24,023 nt of DNA from a virus (taxonomy: Duplodnaviria; Caudoviricetes). The position numbers and the translations under genes are program-made. The number at the start of each line of letters is the position of its first letter. The stretch's first letter is position 1. Below the pieces are notes generated by a model, which saw only the letters and a program-made list of their open reading frames with translations, ran no database searches and had not been told where the DNA came from. The DNA lies in the IMG/VR virus record IMGVR_UViG_3300043464_000245, positions 1 through 24,023 of that record; one strand, 5' to 3'. Below are positions 1 through 7,704 of this stretch, piece after piece.

Positions 1-205
1 TAGCCGCTGCAGCGGCCAATTTATCTTTAGCATTACTTACACTCTGAGGAAGTGCTAACGCCGTTCCTTCTGCTATACCAACCATAGCAGTAATGGTACT
101 AGGTGTAAGTGCTCCGGAAGCAGTGGCCAGAGTAACTTTCATGTTCTCTGCTATTACACTGCCAGCCTTTGCAGTTACTAAACTAATATCCTTTTCTGCC
201 GACAT
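1..205 (-). CDS. Partial hypothetical protein (N-terminus only; runs off the window), Ala/Thr/Ser-rich, possibly virion structural
   Basis: Not in ORF track. ATG at 205 preceded by TAGGATTAGGC; reads MSAEKDISLVTAKAGSVIAENMKVTLATASGALTPSTITAMVGIAEG... open to the window edge. Confidence 0.75.
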   Translation of the reverse strand, partial: MSAEKDISLVTAKAGSVIAENMKVTLATASGALTPSTITAMVGIAEGTALALPQSVSNAKDKLAAAAA

Positions 206-213
206 GCCTAATC

Positions 214-525
214 CTAAGTTATAATACCACCAGCGCCAGCTGGCTCAATACCTGTTGTTGTTTGTATATAGTGGTTTACTAATGCGCCACTTGTTTGTGC
301 ATGTAGCATAACATGACGTCTATCAATGTGTATACTCTTATTTAACTCAGATGTAAATAGGCTCTGCATCAAGCCAATGCCCTGTGGACTTGGTACTACA
401 ATCATTGGTTTAGATACAATGAATTCATCAGCAGTTTCTTCTAATACTTTAGCAATAACTTCATCACCATTTACTAATTTAAATGATACTAATGTATCTC
501 GGTCGTACTTATTAGTTACTAGCAC
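214..525 (-). CDS. Conserved phage hypothetical protein, possible Sm-like beta-barrel
   Basis: 103-aa ORF with GTG start overlapping the glutaredoxin end. The pattern VSFKLVNGDEVIAKV..E...FIVSKP suggests an Sm-like fold (inference). Confidence 0.7.
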   Translation of the reverse strand: MLVTNKYDRDTLVSFKLVNGDEVIAKVLEETADEFIVSKPMIVVPSPQGIGLMQSLFTSELNKSIHIDRRHVMLHAQTSGALVNHYIQTTTGIEPAGAGGIIT

Positions 526-775
526 TTGTTTCCCCTAACATTTCGTTTAATTGTTCGTTGGTTAATTTTTGCAGGCCTTGGTAGCCGCCCGATACAAATA
601 GTTTACCGTCACGATAAATTTGTGGCACTGTACGATGCCCTTCACTCATAATAAACTCGCGTGCGTCTAAATCTTCATCAATTTTAATTACTTCAAACGC
701 AATCTTTTTCATTGTTAATAAATTCTTTGCTTGCTCACAGAATGGGCAAGAATCTTTTGAATACACAGTTAACAT
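512..775 (-). CDS. Glutaredoxin (Grx3/NrdH-like)
   Basis: CPFC active site, RTVPQI cis-Pro motif and GGY motif. Strong SD (AAGGAG). Directly downstream of nrdB. Confidence 0.93.
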   Translation of the reverse strand: MLTVYSKDSCPFCEQAKNLLTMKKIAFEVIKIDEDLDAREFIMSEGHRTVPQIYRDGKLFVSGGYQGLQKLTNEQLNEMLGETSASN

Positions 776-789
776 ATTGGCTCCTTTTA

Positions 790-1890
790 TTATAGTGTAG
801 GTAATTCGTCGTAGTTCATCTCATCACTCATTACGCCAATTACGTAGTTAGTTGATTCGGACTCTTGTAAGGCTGTTTGTTTTTTACTGGTATCACTGTG
901 CTTATTAAACCAAGGAATCGGAGTTGATTTAGGCGCAGGGCTAGTGTAACGTATACCGATTTGTTTTAGTGCATCTACGGCGGTATAATCAACAAAATCT
1001 TTCAAGATGTTAGCGTTTAAACCAATAACTGGGCCCATTTTGAACAAATAATCGGCCCATGCTTTCTCTTCGCAAATAACGTCTAGGTACATTTGATATA
1101 CCTCAGCTTCGCATTCTTGTTTAATAGCAGCAAAGCGTGGATCTTCTTTAATCACTTGATTGATCAAGAACGCTGTCCATTCTTTGTGTAGTAATTCATC
1201 TTGTAGAATTAAACTGATAATATTACCATTACCAATAAAGATACGATTTTCCACCATAGCCAAACTTGTGGCAAATGATACCATAAAGCGGAATGCTTCT
1301 AGGCCGTAACTAGCATGTAGGGCTAGCCAAATAGCTTTAATATGTTCTGTTTCGCTAACTTTAATGCCGAGTTCAGCTTGACAGTTAATCACATGCAATT
1401 TGTCATAGTAGTTGCCAATGGTTGATGCCATGCTGACAATTTCTTGTGTATCATGAATTGTATTAAACACATCTTTAGGCACATTATAGATATTACGAAT
1501 AATGTGGCTGTAGCTCTTACTGTGAATGTTAGTTTCAAAGAAACTCCAATTACTAATAAGTGCTTCTAGCTCTGGTAAACTTACTACTGGGCCAAATACT
1601 TGATTAGGTGCGCGACCTTGCAGACTATCTAAAGCTGTTTGACGTAACAAGTTACTAGTAAAGATATGTTTGACTGCATCGCTGGCACTTTTAAAATCAT
1701 TGGCATCTTTACTTAGGCTAATCTCTTCTGGTTGCCAAAAGAAACCACGTGCTGTAGCTTCATAATCTGCAATCTTGTTATACTTAACTTCTTCAAAGCG
1801 TTGCACTGTTACTGGACCTGCCGGATCCAAAAACATCTTACGTTGTAGATAGTTAGTTGGCTTACTTAGGTTATACTGTGCTTTACTCAT
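790..1890 (-). CDS. nrdB: Ribonucleotide reductase class Ia beta subunit
   Basis: FFWQPEEI, LDSLQGR, ETNIHSKSY (Glu/His ligands and radical Tyr), LEAFRF, DELLH, and C-terminal QESESTNY. Confidence 0.96.
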   Translation of the reverse strand: MSKAQYNLSKPTNYLQRKMFLDPAGPVTVQRFEEVKYNKIADYEATARGFFWQPEEISLSKDANDFKSASDAVKHIFTSNLLRQTALDSLQGRAPNQVFGPVVSLPELEALISNWSFFETNIHSKSYSHIIRNIYNVPKDVFNTIHDTQEIVSMASTIGNYYDKLHVINCQAELGIKVSETEHIKAIWLALHASYGLEAFRFMVSFATSLAMVENRIFIGNGNIISLILQDELLHKEWTAFLINQVIKEDPRFAAIKQECEAEVYQMYLDVICEEKAWADYLFKMGPVIGLNANILKDFVDYTAVDALKQIGIRYTSPAPKSTPIPWFNKHSDTSKKQTALQESESTNYVIGVMSDEMNYDELPTL

Positions 1891-4209
1891 TTATAATTTG
1901 CAGCTTTCGCAGCCCTCTTCATCATCATAATCTATTGGTGCCATTGTTGGCGCTACTTCTGCAACCATCTTACTACCTTGTTTATTAATCAAGCTATAGT
2001 AGAATGTTTTAATGCCCCATAGCTGTGCCTGCATTAAATTCTTAGCAATCAATGTAGTGGGCACCTTACGATCCGCAAAGTGTGCCGGATTGTAAAATGT
2101 GTTAGTGCTGATACTTTGATCCACATAGGCCGCTAGTACTGCCGCAGTTTTTAAGTATGCTGAACAATCTTTTTGTTCCCACATGAGTTGATATTTATTC
2201 TTTAACTTATGATATTCCGGAACAACCTGTGTGAATGAGCCAGCTTTTGATTCTTTAACTGAAATTAAACTCATAGGCATTTCAATACCATTGGTTGAGT
2301 TAATAACAACACTGCTTGACTCTACAGGAGCAATAGCCATTAAGGTAGCATTGCGTACACCATATGATCTCATATCACTACGTAGTTGTTCCCAATCAAG
2401 TTCTGGTGTAAAGTCAGCAAGTTCATTAACACCATCTGCACGATTCTCCCAAGGAAACTGTCCTTGACCGTAACGTGTTTTTGCAGAATCTAAACATGGG
2501 CCACGTTCTTTAGCAAGTTCGACTGTGGCTTCTGTTAAGTAGAATGCTTGATGTTCCATCCAACTTTTAACTTCTTGTAGGGCATCGCTATCGCCGTATT
2601 GTAAACTACGTTTAGCATGCCAATAGGCCAAGTTAGTAATACCAATACCCAAGGGTTGTAGCTCATCGTTTGACAATTGGCTTTGTATGCTTAAGAAATC
2701 TTGATAGTCCAAAATGTTACATAAACTACGTTGCAGGATACGGCAAGCACGACGCATGTCTTCTGGATTGCGGAAAGCACCCCAATTTATACTACCAAGT
2801 GTACACAGGGCAATGCGACCAGTTGGATCATCTAAGCGTTTGAATGGCTTAGTGGGTAGTAAAATCTCGCAACACAGATTACTTTGATAGATGGTATGAT
2901 ATTCTGGATCAAATGGTCCTTGCTTCATAACGTTATCAATAAACACTAGATAGATACGACCTGTATCTGTACGTTCTTTTAAAATGCCGCCTTTAAATAC
3001 TTCTTCGGCTGACATTGTTTTCTTACGTAGGTCTTTACGACGTTCGTACTTAACATACAATTCTTCAAACAATTCAGTATTGCTGTAAAAGGCTTCGTAT
3101 AAGTCAGGTACTTCGTTAGGATCAAAGAATGTAATATTTTCTTTGTTTTTAAAACGACGCCAAAAGAAAGCACTTAGTACAACACCGTAGTCCATGTGTC
3201 TAACTCTTGTTTCTTCTGTTCCTTGATTGTTTTTCAACACAATTAAATCATCAAACTGATGATGCCAGATAGGGTAAAACACAGTAGCTGATGCGTTACG
3301 TATGCCGCCTTGACTACATGACCGTAAATCACCGAACCATTTCTTCAAGAACGGAATCATACCTGTGTGTTGTATTTCGCCACCACGTATAGGCGAACCT
3401 AGACTACGTAAGCGGCCAATTTCTAAACCAATACCAGCACGTTTACTAGCATACTTGGCCATCATTTCGCCTGATGCAAAAATACTATCTAAATCATCGT
3501 CTGCTTTAATTAGTACACATGAACTAAATTGTTTAGTTGGTGTGCCTAGGCCGGCGAGAACAGGCGTTGCCAGGGTAAACAAACTGTCACTGGCGCAATT
3601 ATAGTATTCTTTGATAAAACGCATACGTGCGCTGTTAGGTTCTTCTTTATGGAATACTGTTGCCGCTGCAACTATATAACGTATCTGCGGAGTTTCGTAA
3701 ATCTGTTTAGTAGCACGGTTACGTACAAGATATTTTTCAATCAGTTGTTCAATGGCCGCATATGAATAAGTTTCATCTTTGGTATGGTCAATAAATGAAT
3801 CCATCTTATCCCACTCTTCTTCCGAGTACCATTCGAGTAGTTCTGATGTGTATAGGCCAGTTGCTACATTTGTCTTAACAATTTCATATAAACGAGGAAC
3901 TTCGTAGTCACCGTAGACGTCTTTACGTAACATACTCAGGCGTTGTTTGCCTGCTACGTACTGATAGTTAGTATGCCCTATGTCTGGATTGTGTTCGATG
4001 TCAATAAGATCAACAATAGCACGAAGTGTAATTTCGTCAATTTCACGTGTGCTGATGCCGTCATAAAAATGTGGTTGTGCTTTGATTTCAATCATTGACT
4101 GACTTACGTCTGCGATTCCAGCACATACTTTTGTGATCTGGGCTTGCCATTTATCTACTGCTAACGGGGCGCGGCTACCGCTACGTTTTATTACTTGAAT
4201 GATACTCAA
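1891..4209 (-). CDS. nrdA: Ribonucleotide reductase class Ia alpha subunit with N-terminal ATP cone
   Basis: VIKRSG ATP-cone start, QFSSCVL, SNLCCEI, CTLGSIN, APVESSS, KTFYY and C-terminal CESCKL. TTG start after a GAGG SD. Confidence 0.97.
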   Translation of the reverse strand: MSIIQVIKRSGSRAPLAVDKWQAQITKVCAGIADVSQSMIEIKAQPHFYDGISTREIDEITLRAIVDLIDIEHNPDIGHTNYQYVAGKQRLSMLRKDVYGDYEVPRLYEIVKTNVATGLYTSELLEWYSEEEWDKMDSFIDHTKDETYSYAAIEQLIEKYLVRNRATKQIYETPQIRYIVAAATVFHKEEPNSARMRFIKEYYNCASDSLFTLATPVLAGLGTPTKQFSSCVLIKADDDLDSIFASGEMMAKYASKRAGIGLEIGRLRSLGSPIRGGEIQHTGMIPFLKKWFGDLRSCSQGGIRNASATVFYPIWHHQFDDLIVLKNNQGTEETRVRHMDYGVVLSAFFWRRFKNKENITFFDPNEVPDLYEAFYSNTELFEELYVKYERRKDLRKKTMSAEEVFKGGILKERTDTGRIYLVFIDNVMKQGPFDPEYHTIYQSNLCCEILLPTKPFKRLDDPTGRIALCTLGSINWGAFRNPEDMRRACRILQRSLCNILDYQDFLSIQSQLSNDELQPLGIGITNLAYWHAKRSLQYGDSDALQEVKSWMEHQAFYLTEATVELAKERGPCLDSAKTRYGQGQFPWENRADGVNELADFTPELDWEQLRSDMRSYGVRNATLMAIAPVESSSVVINSTNGIEMPMSLISVKESKAGSFTQVVPEYHKLKNKYQLMWEQKDCSAYLKTAAVLAAYVDQSISTNTFYNPAHFADRKVPTTLIAKNLMQAQLWGIKTFYYSLINKQGSKMVAEVAPTMAPIDYDDEEGCESCKL

Positions 4210-4283
4210 TTTGATAACCTCGTAATTTAGTACTGCTCTAAATTTGTATTGTTGATTGTTGTGTTGTATTTACTATATTATAT

Positions 4284-4312
4284 ATTGTACATAATATTTT
4301 AACTTTTTTCAA
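4284..4312 (-). promoter_or_regulatory. Sigma70-like promoter for the nrdAB operon, with a downstream TAAATA late-type motif at 4267-4272
   Basis: TTGAAA (4312-4307), 17-nt spacer, TACAAT (4289-4284). Confidence 0.55.
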
Positions 4313-4320
4313 GTTTTATA

Positions 4321-4914
4321 TTAAACAAATTGTCGTATATAATATTTAAATTCTGCTTCTTCGCCTGTACTGGTTGTAGTATAAGTCATTGTTACGTTGC
4401 TCGCATTACTCACAAAATTAAGAACAACTCCGGTGTCAGCTGTTTCAACATAATCATCTTGAAATACAGGTGTACCCGATAACTGTGTAACTTGGATAGA
4501 ACCAACTCGTGAAGTTGTACCACGTACTATAGTATAGTCCAATGTTCTCGATGACAACGAACTTAGTGATACTGCGATATTTGTTTGGACAGGAACAGCA
4601 TCTAATAACGTTATTGAGTTTAACTCGAGAGTAGCACTAATAGTAGCAACGTTGGCTTCCACTGCAGCAACATTTCCGAAAAGTATACTAACATTACCTT
4701 CTAATGATTCAATCAAGGCCAACTCACTATACATACTTTGCGCAGTAAGAATCTCAGTCATTCCAGTAACCGGGGCGCCTTCAGCTAATGTACCGTTACC
4801 AATAAATAATCTTTGTTCATCAATTGACCAGCCCATTTCAGCTGAACTAAGTTGTGGCAGATTTTCTTGTAGTCCTCTACGGATTTGTATTTTGGAAATT
4901 TGAGTTACAGCCAT
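4321..4914 (-). CDS. Putative tail/structural protein with an Mtd-N-like N-terminal domain
   Basis: N-terminal IQIRRG...L..AEMGW..D..RLFIGNG pattern typical of tail-fibre attachment domains; beta-rich Thr/Val C-terminus; TAAATA at 4938-4943 and TAGGA SD upstream. Confidence 0.65.
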   Translation of the reverse strand: MAVTQISKIQIRRGLQENLPQLSSAEMGWSIDEQRLFIGNGTLAEGAPVTGMTEILTAQSMYSELALIESLEGNVSILFGNVAAVEANVATISATLELNSITLLDAVPVQTNIAVSLSSLSSRTLDYTIVRGTTSRVGSIQVTQLSGTPVFQDDYVETADTGVVLNFVSNASNVTMTYTTTSTGEEAEFKYYIRQFV

Positions 4915-4956
4915 GTTATTATCCTATCTATATTTTATATTTAGCTGAGATGTATG

Positions 4957-5523
4957 TTAGAACTCTAATACTAAATGGGCGCCTTCTCTCAATATAACTT
5001 TCTTAGCTCGAGTACACATAATATCATATAATTCAGGAGTCACAATTCTACAATGCTCCTCTTCGGCGCCTGGCCCCCAATCACCTATAGGGATATGTGT
5101 CATTTGTAGGAAATTAGTTAATATAAACAATCCTTTAAAATTTTCAATTATATTTTGCCAGATTGGATTAAATTCATGTTCTTTAATGTGCTCTATACTT
5201 TCGACCATGATAATTGTATCGTAGATAGAAAAATCAAGTTCTACATCACTTATTCCATTTTCGAATACAACCGGAGGGACGAACCTATTACCAAAAAAAT
5301 GTTTGCCTGTTTTTGCAAACCATTTAGTAGCTACATCTGTTTTTTCTACAGCTACTACATCAACCCCCATCTTAGTTAACACACACGAAACATCACCTCG
5401 GCCAGCACCAATATCTAAAACTTTTTTAGGAGTTCGAACGGCGTGTGCTTTAATATAATCGATTTGATCATCAACAGTAAGCCCGAGAGATAAAGGAAGT
5501 TGGTGATCGGGAAAATTTATCAC
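4957..5523 (-). CDS. Class I SAM-dependent methyltransferase (true start probably further upstream; frame open to 5685)
   Basis: VLDIGAGRG motif I, VVAVE motif II, and YDTIIMVESIEH. Confidence 0.8.
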   Translation of the reverse strand: MINFPDHQLPLSLGLTVDDQIDYIKAHAVRTPKKVLDIGAGRGDVSCVLTKMGVDVVAVEKTDVATKWFAKTGKHFFGNRFVPPVVFENGISDVELDFSIYDTIIMVESIEHIKEHEFNPIWQNIIENFKGLFILTNFLQMTHIPIGDWGPGAEEEHCRIVTPELYDIMCTRAKKVILREGAHLVLEF

Positions 5524-5663
5524 ACAGGGAAAATCAGTAGAATATGTGTTAAAATCTATACCAAAACTATATGCTACTGCCGGTAATGCATCACAATATC
5601 GTAAACATCTTGCTTGCCAATATTCAAAATATAGTCTTTCATAATAACCATCGCCGCGAATAA

Positions 5664-6347
5664 TTAAACTAATTTGTAATACTCCTCAACTCTTTTTAAC
5701 CAACGTTCAGTCCACAAATCCCATTCGGCACCCTCAACTGTCCATGTTTGATATTGGAAGTCTTGACTACACATTAGAATAACACCTTGACGTATGTCGG
5801 TTCCGTGAGTTTCGTTATGTGCTAGTCCATAGGCGCATAACTGAAGGAAATAGTCCTGAATCCACTCGGTTTTCTTGGGTTTATTAGTCTGTTTGTAGTC
5901 TAAAATGGCTGGTTTGCCCTTGTGTACTCCGCAAGCATCAGTTGTGCCGGCATATAGTCCACTAACGTATAAAGGCACCTCAATACCCCATACTTCGTCT
6001 ACGTGTACCAATCCTTCCTCTACAATCTTTTGTGCCATTTTATGGCTTTGTATACTGTAAGGATTAGTGCCGGGTTCACCCATGTTGCGATTGTTCTGCA
6101 CATAGTCTTCTAACCACTTGTGCATACGTGTTCCGCGATTAGCGGCTTCTGTGGTGATTTCCTGCGCTTTCTTTTCGCCAACAGACTTTCGCCAGTTTTC
6201 TAAGGCTGCCTTAGCTTCGGGCGGTTTTGTCTTGTCTAAGATTGTTGTTACTGAAGGAACCTTACTACCATCTGGCAAACTGTAAAGTCTTTTTCCATCC
6301 ACGCTCTGACGATCGATGGGGGTGTAGTTGTATTTTTGTATAAGCAT
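5664..6347 (-). CDS. PD-(D/E)XK exonuclease (lambda-exo/MGME1-like family)
   Basis: PSVTTIL, RGTRMH, E.PL...YAGTTD, ILDYKQ and YFLQLCAY motifs. Confidence 0.87.
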   Translation of the reverse strand: MLIQKYNYTPIDRQSVDGKRLYSLPDGSKVPSVTTILDKTKPPEAKAALENWRKSVGEKKAQEITTEAANRGTRMHKWLEDYVQNNRNMGEPGTNPYSIQSHKMAQKIVEEGLVHVDEVWGIEVPLYVSGLYAGTTDACGVHKGKPAILDYKQTNKPKKTEWIQDYFLQLCAYGLAHNETHGTDIRQGVILMCSQDFQYQTWTVEGAEWDLWTERWLKRVEEYYKLV

Positions 6348-6353
6348 ACTATT

Positions 6354-6382
6354 AGTATATAGTGTTAAACGTCAAAGGTCAA
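6354..6382 (-). promoter_or_regulatory. Sigma70-like promoter of the exonuclease gene (probably leaderless transcript)
   Basis: TTGACC (6382-6377), 17 nt, TATACT (6359-6354). ATG lies 6 nt downstream with no SD. Confidence 0.7.
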
Positions 6383-6706
6383 CTAAACTGTGAAACTCTC
6401 ACCACATCCACATTCACCGGTGGCATTTGGATTAATAAATTCAAAACCCTCATTGAGTCCTTCACGACGCCAATCCATTTTTAATCCATCTACGTAGACT
6501 AAGTCTTTTGGTGTGGTAAAAATACTAACATCGTGACACTTATATTCGATAGCATCTGCTGTAAGCTGATCAACAAATTCAAGTACATAACTCATACCAC
6601 TACAACCAGCAGTTTTAACACCAATTTTAATACCTAATGTATTTGCTCCACGAGCAGAGATACTTTTCTTAATTTTTTCTGCAGCTAATTCAGTTAGACT
6701 AATCAT
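6383..6706 (-). CDS. iscA: A-type Fe-S cluster carrier protein IscA
   Basis: MISLTELAA start, GVKTAGCSGMSY, and C-terminal NPNATGECGCGESF. Confidence 0.94.
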   Translation of the reverse strand: MISLTELAAEKIKKSISARGANTLGIKIGVKTAGCSGMSYVLEFVDQLTADAIEYKCHDVSIFTTPKDLVYVDGLKMDWRREGLNEGFEFINPNATGECGCGESFTV

Positions 6707-6851
6707 TGAATATCCTATCTAGTACTGCTTGCTTTTGTTCATTTGTATAATTATACCATTCAACTACTTCGTCAGTTGTTCTGCTGCATCCACGACACAC
6801 GCCATTATCTAAATGACAAACTCCGATACATGGGCTCTCAACATCTTCCAC
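6699..6851 (-). CDS. DUF1289/YdhL-like small Cys-rich putative Fe-S protein (50 aa)
   Basis: Not in ORF track. GTG at 6851 overlaps the iscU TAG. Translates MEDVESPCIGVCHLDNGVCRGCSRTTDEVVEWYNYTNEQKQAVLDRIFND, with the SPC-x3-C...C-x-GC-x-RT-x2-E-x3-W signature. Confidence 0.85.
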   Translation of the reverse strand: MEDVESPCIGVCHLDNGVCRGCSRTTDEVVEWYNYTNEQKQAVLDRIFND

Positions 6852-7120
6852 TATTGCTTACTCCTGTAATCGTTTATTGCGGCTTTAATTGCATCTTCTG
6901 CCAAGACACTACAATGTATCTTAACTGGCGGTAGGGCAAGTTCTTCTGCTATTGCTGAATTTTTAATTGTAAATGCTTCGTCTATTGTCATGCCTTTAAG
7001 CAGTTCTGTTACTAGACTAGAACTAGCAATTGCCGAACCACAGCCATATGTTTTAAACTTTGCATCTATTATAACACCATCTTCAACTTGTATTTGCAAC
7101 TTCATGACGTCACCTGTCAT
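6851..7120 (-). CDS. iscU: IscU Fe-S scaffold, C-terminal part (89 aa from ATG 7120)
   Basis: MTGDVMKLQIQV...AKFKTYGCGSAIASSS...LPPVKIHCSVLAEDAIKAAI. Contains the Asp39, Cys63, His105/Cys106 equivalents and the LPPVK motif. Confidence 0.9.
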   Translation of the reverse strand: MTGDVMKLQIQVEDGVIIDAKFKTYGCGSAIASSSLVTELLKGMTIDEAFTIKNSAIAEELALPPVKIHCSVLAEDAIKAAINDYRSKQ

Positions 7121-7233
7121 CCGCAAGCTGGGGCACCGACGATTCCGGTCCCAACTTGCGCATTCTCCTTGTCTAAAGATCCCACATTTCTTGGATTTTC
7201 ATAATGGTCCAAGACCGCTGCTGAATAGCTCAT
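7117..7233 (-). CDS. iscU: IscU Fe-S scaffold, N-terminal part (38 aa, ends in TGA)
   Basis: Not in ORF track. ATG at 7233 after a GGAGG SD; MSYSAAVLDHYENPRNVGSLDKENAQVGTGIVGAPACG then TGA at 7119-7117. Confidence 0.9.
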   Translation of the reverse strand: MSYSAAVLDHYENPRNVGSLDKENAQVGTGIVGAPACG

Positions 7234-7258
7234 ATAATACCTCCAATAGTATATTACA

Positions 7259-7287
7259 ATACTACACTATTTATAGTATAAAGTCAA
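7259..7287 (-). promoter_or_regulatory. Composite promoter of the isc operon (sigma70-like with nested TATAAATA)
   Basis: TTGACT (7287-7282), 17 nt, TAGTAT (7264-7259); TATAAATA at 7275-7268 lies inside the spacer. Confidence 0.6.
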
Positions 7288-7305
7288 TGATTTTTAATGA
7301 TTTGG

Positions 7306-7704
7306 TTATTGTGCTATTGGCGCACCACGTGTTTTAGCGGCACGTTTAGCCATGCTAGTAACATCATCTACTGGTGCTTGGAATGTATTTTGTTCTGCGG
7401 CATCTGTGTTAGCTGTTGTAGCATCGACATCATCGGTGTTACCTGTTAGCGGAGCAAGAACAACTTGTTCTTGATTGAAACTTTTGATTAGATTTTTTAC
7501 TGCTGGATTATTTTCATTAGCATCAACTAGGGCATCGTAGCTAAATGTACGATCTGTGTTCAACACTAGATTAATAAGACTTTGTGTGCTTATTGTTGCT
7601 GATGCTGATTTGTCTTGTGAACGGTGACGTAATAACTCCAGAGCAGTAACTAGGTTAGACTCTGGAGTATTTGTTGGACCGTGAGCAAATTCACGTAAAC
7701 GCAT
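7306..7704 (-). CDS. Hypothetical protein, probable late/head-associated
   Basis: 132-aa ORF, TAATG overlap with the upstream gene, starts MRLREF. Confidence 0.75.
   Translation of the reverse strand: MRLREFAHGPTNTPESNLVTALELLRHRSQDKSASATISTQSLINLVLNTDRTFSYDALVDANENNPAVKNLIKSFNQEQVVLAPLTGNTDDVDATTANTDAAEQNTFQAPVDDVTSMAKRAAKTRGAPIAQ

Noticed and set aside
326-3604. Plus-strand ORFs 326..538, 2231..2467, 3365..3604 and the minus alternate-frame ORF 2979..3173
   Set aside because: These are shadow ORFs overlapping well-supported genes, with no motifs.
790-4209. Introns or inteins in nrdA/nrdB
   Set aside because: Both ORFs are continuous and of normal class Ia length.
4321-4914. Diversity-generating retroelement target suggested by the Mtd-like N-terminus
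   Set aside because: No reverse transcriptase or template/variable repeat pair was seen in the window.
7102-7119. TGA in iscU as selenocysteine or stop-codon reassignment
   Set aside because: Readthrough stays in the wrong frame (QVTS, then another TGA). TGA is a normal stop elsewhere in the window.
7112-7135. Classical -1 frameshift joining the iscU halves
   Set aside because: There is no X XXY YYZ slippery heptamer. A slip at the preceding CCCC run would remove Cys37.
4652-7337. Plus-strand ORFs 4652..4903, 5155..5379, 6743..6934, 6990..7337
   Set aside because: Antisense to recognisable minus-strand genes, including the two small ones missing from the track.
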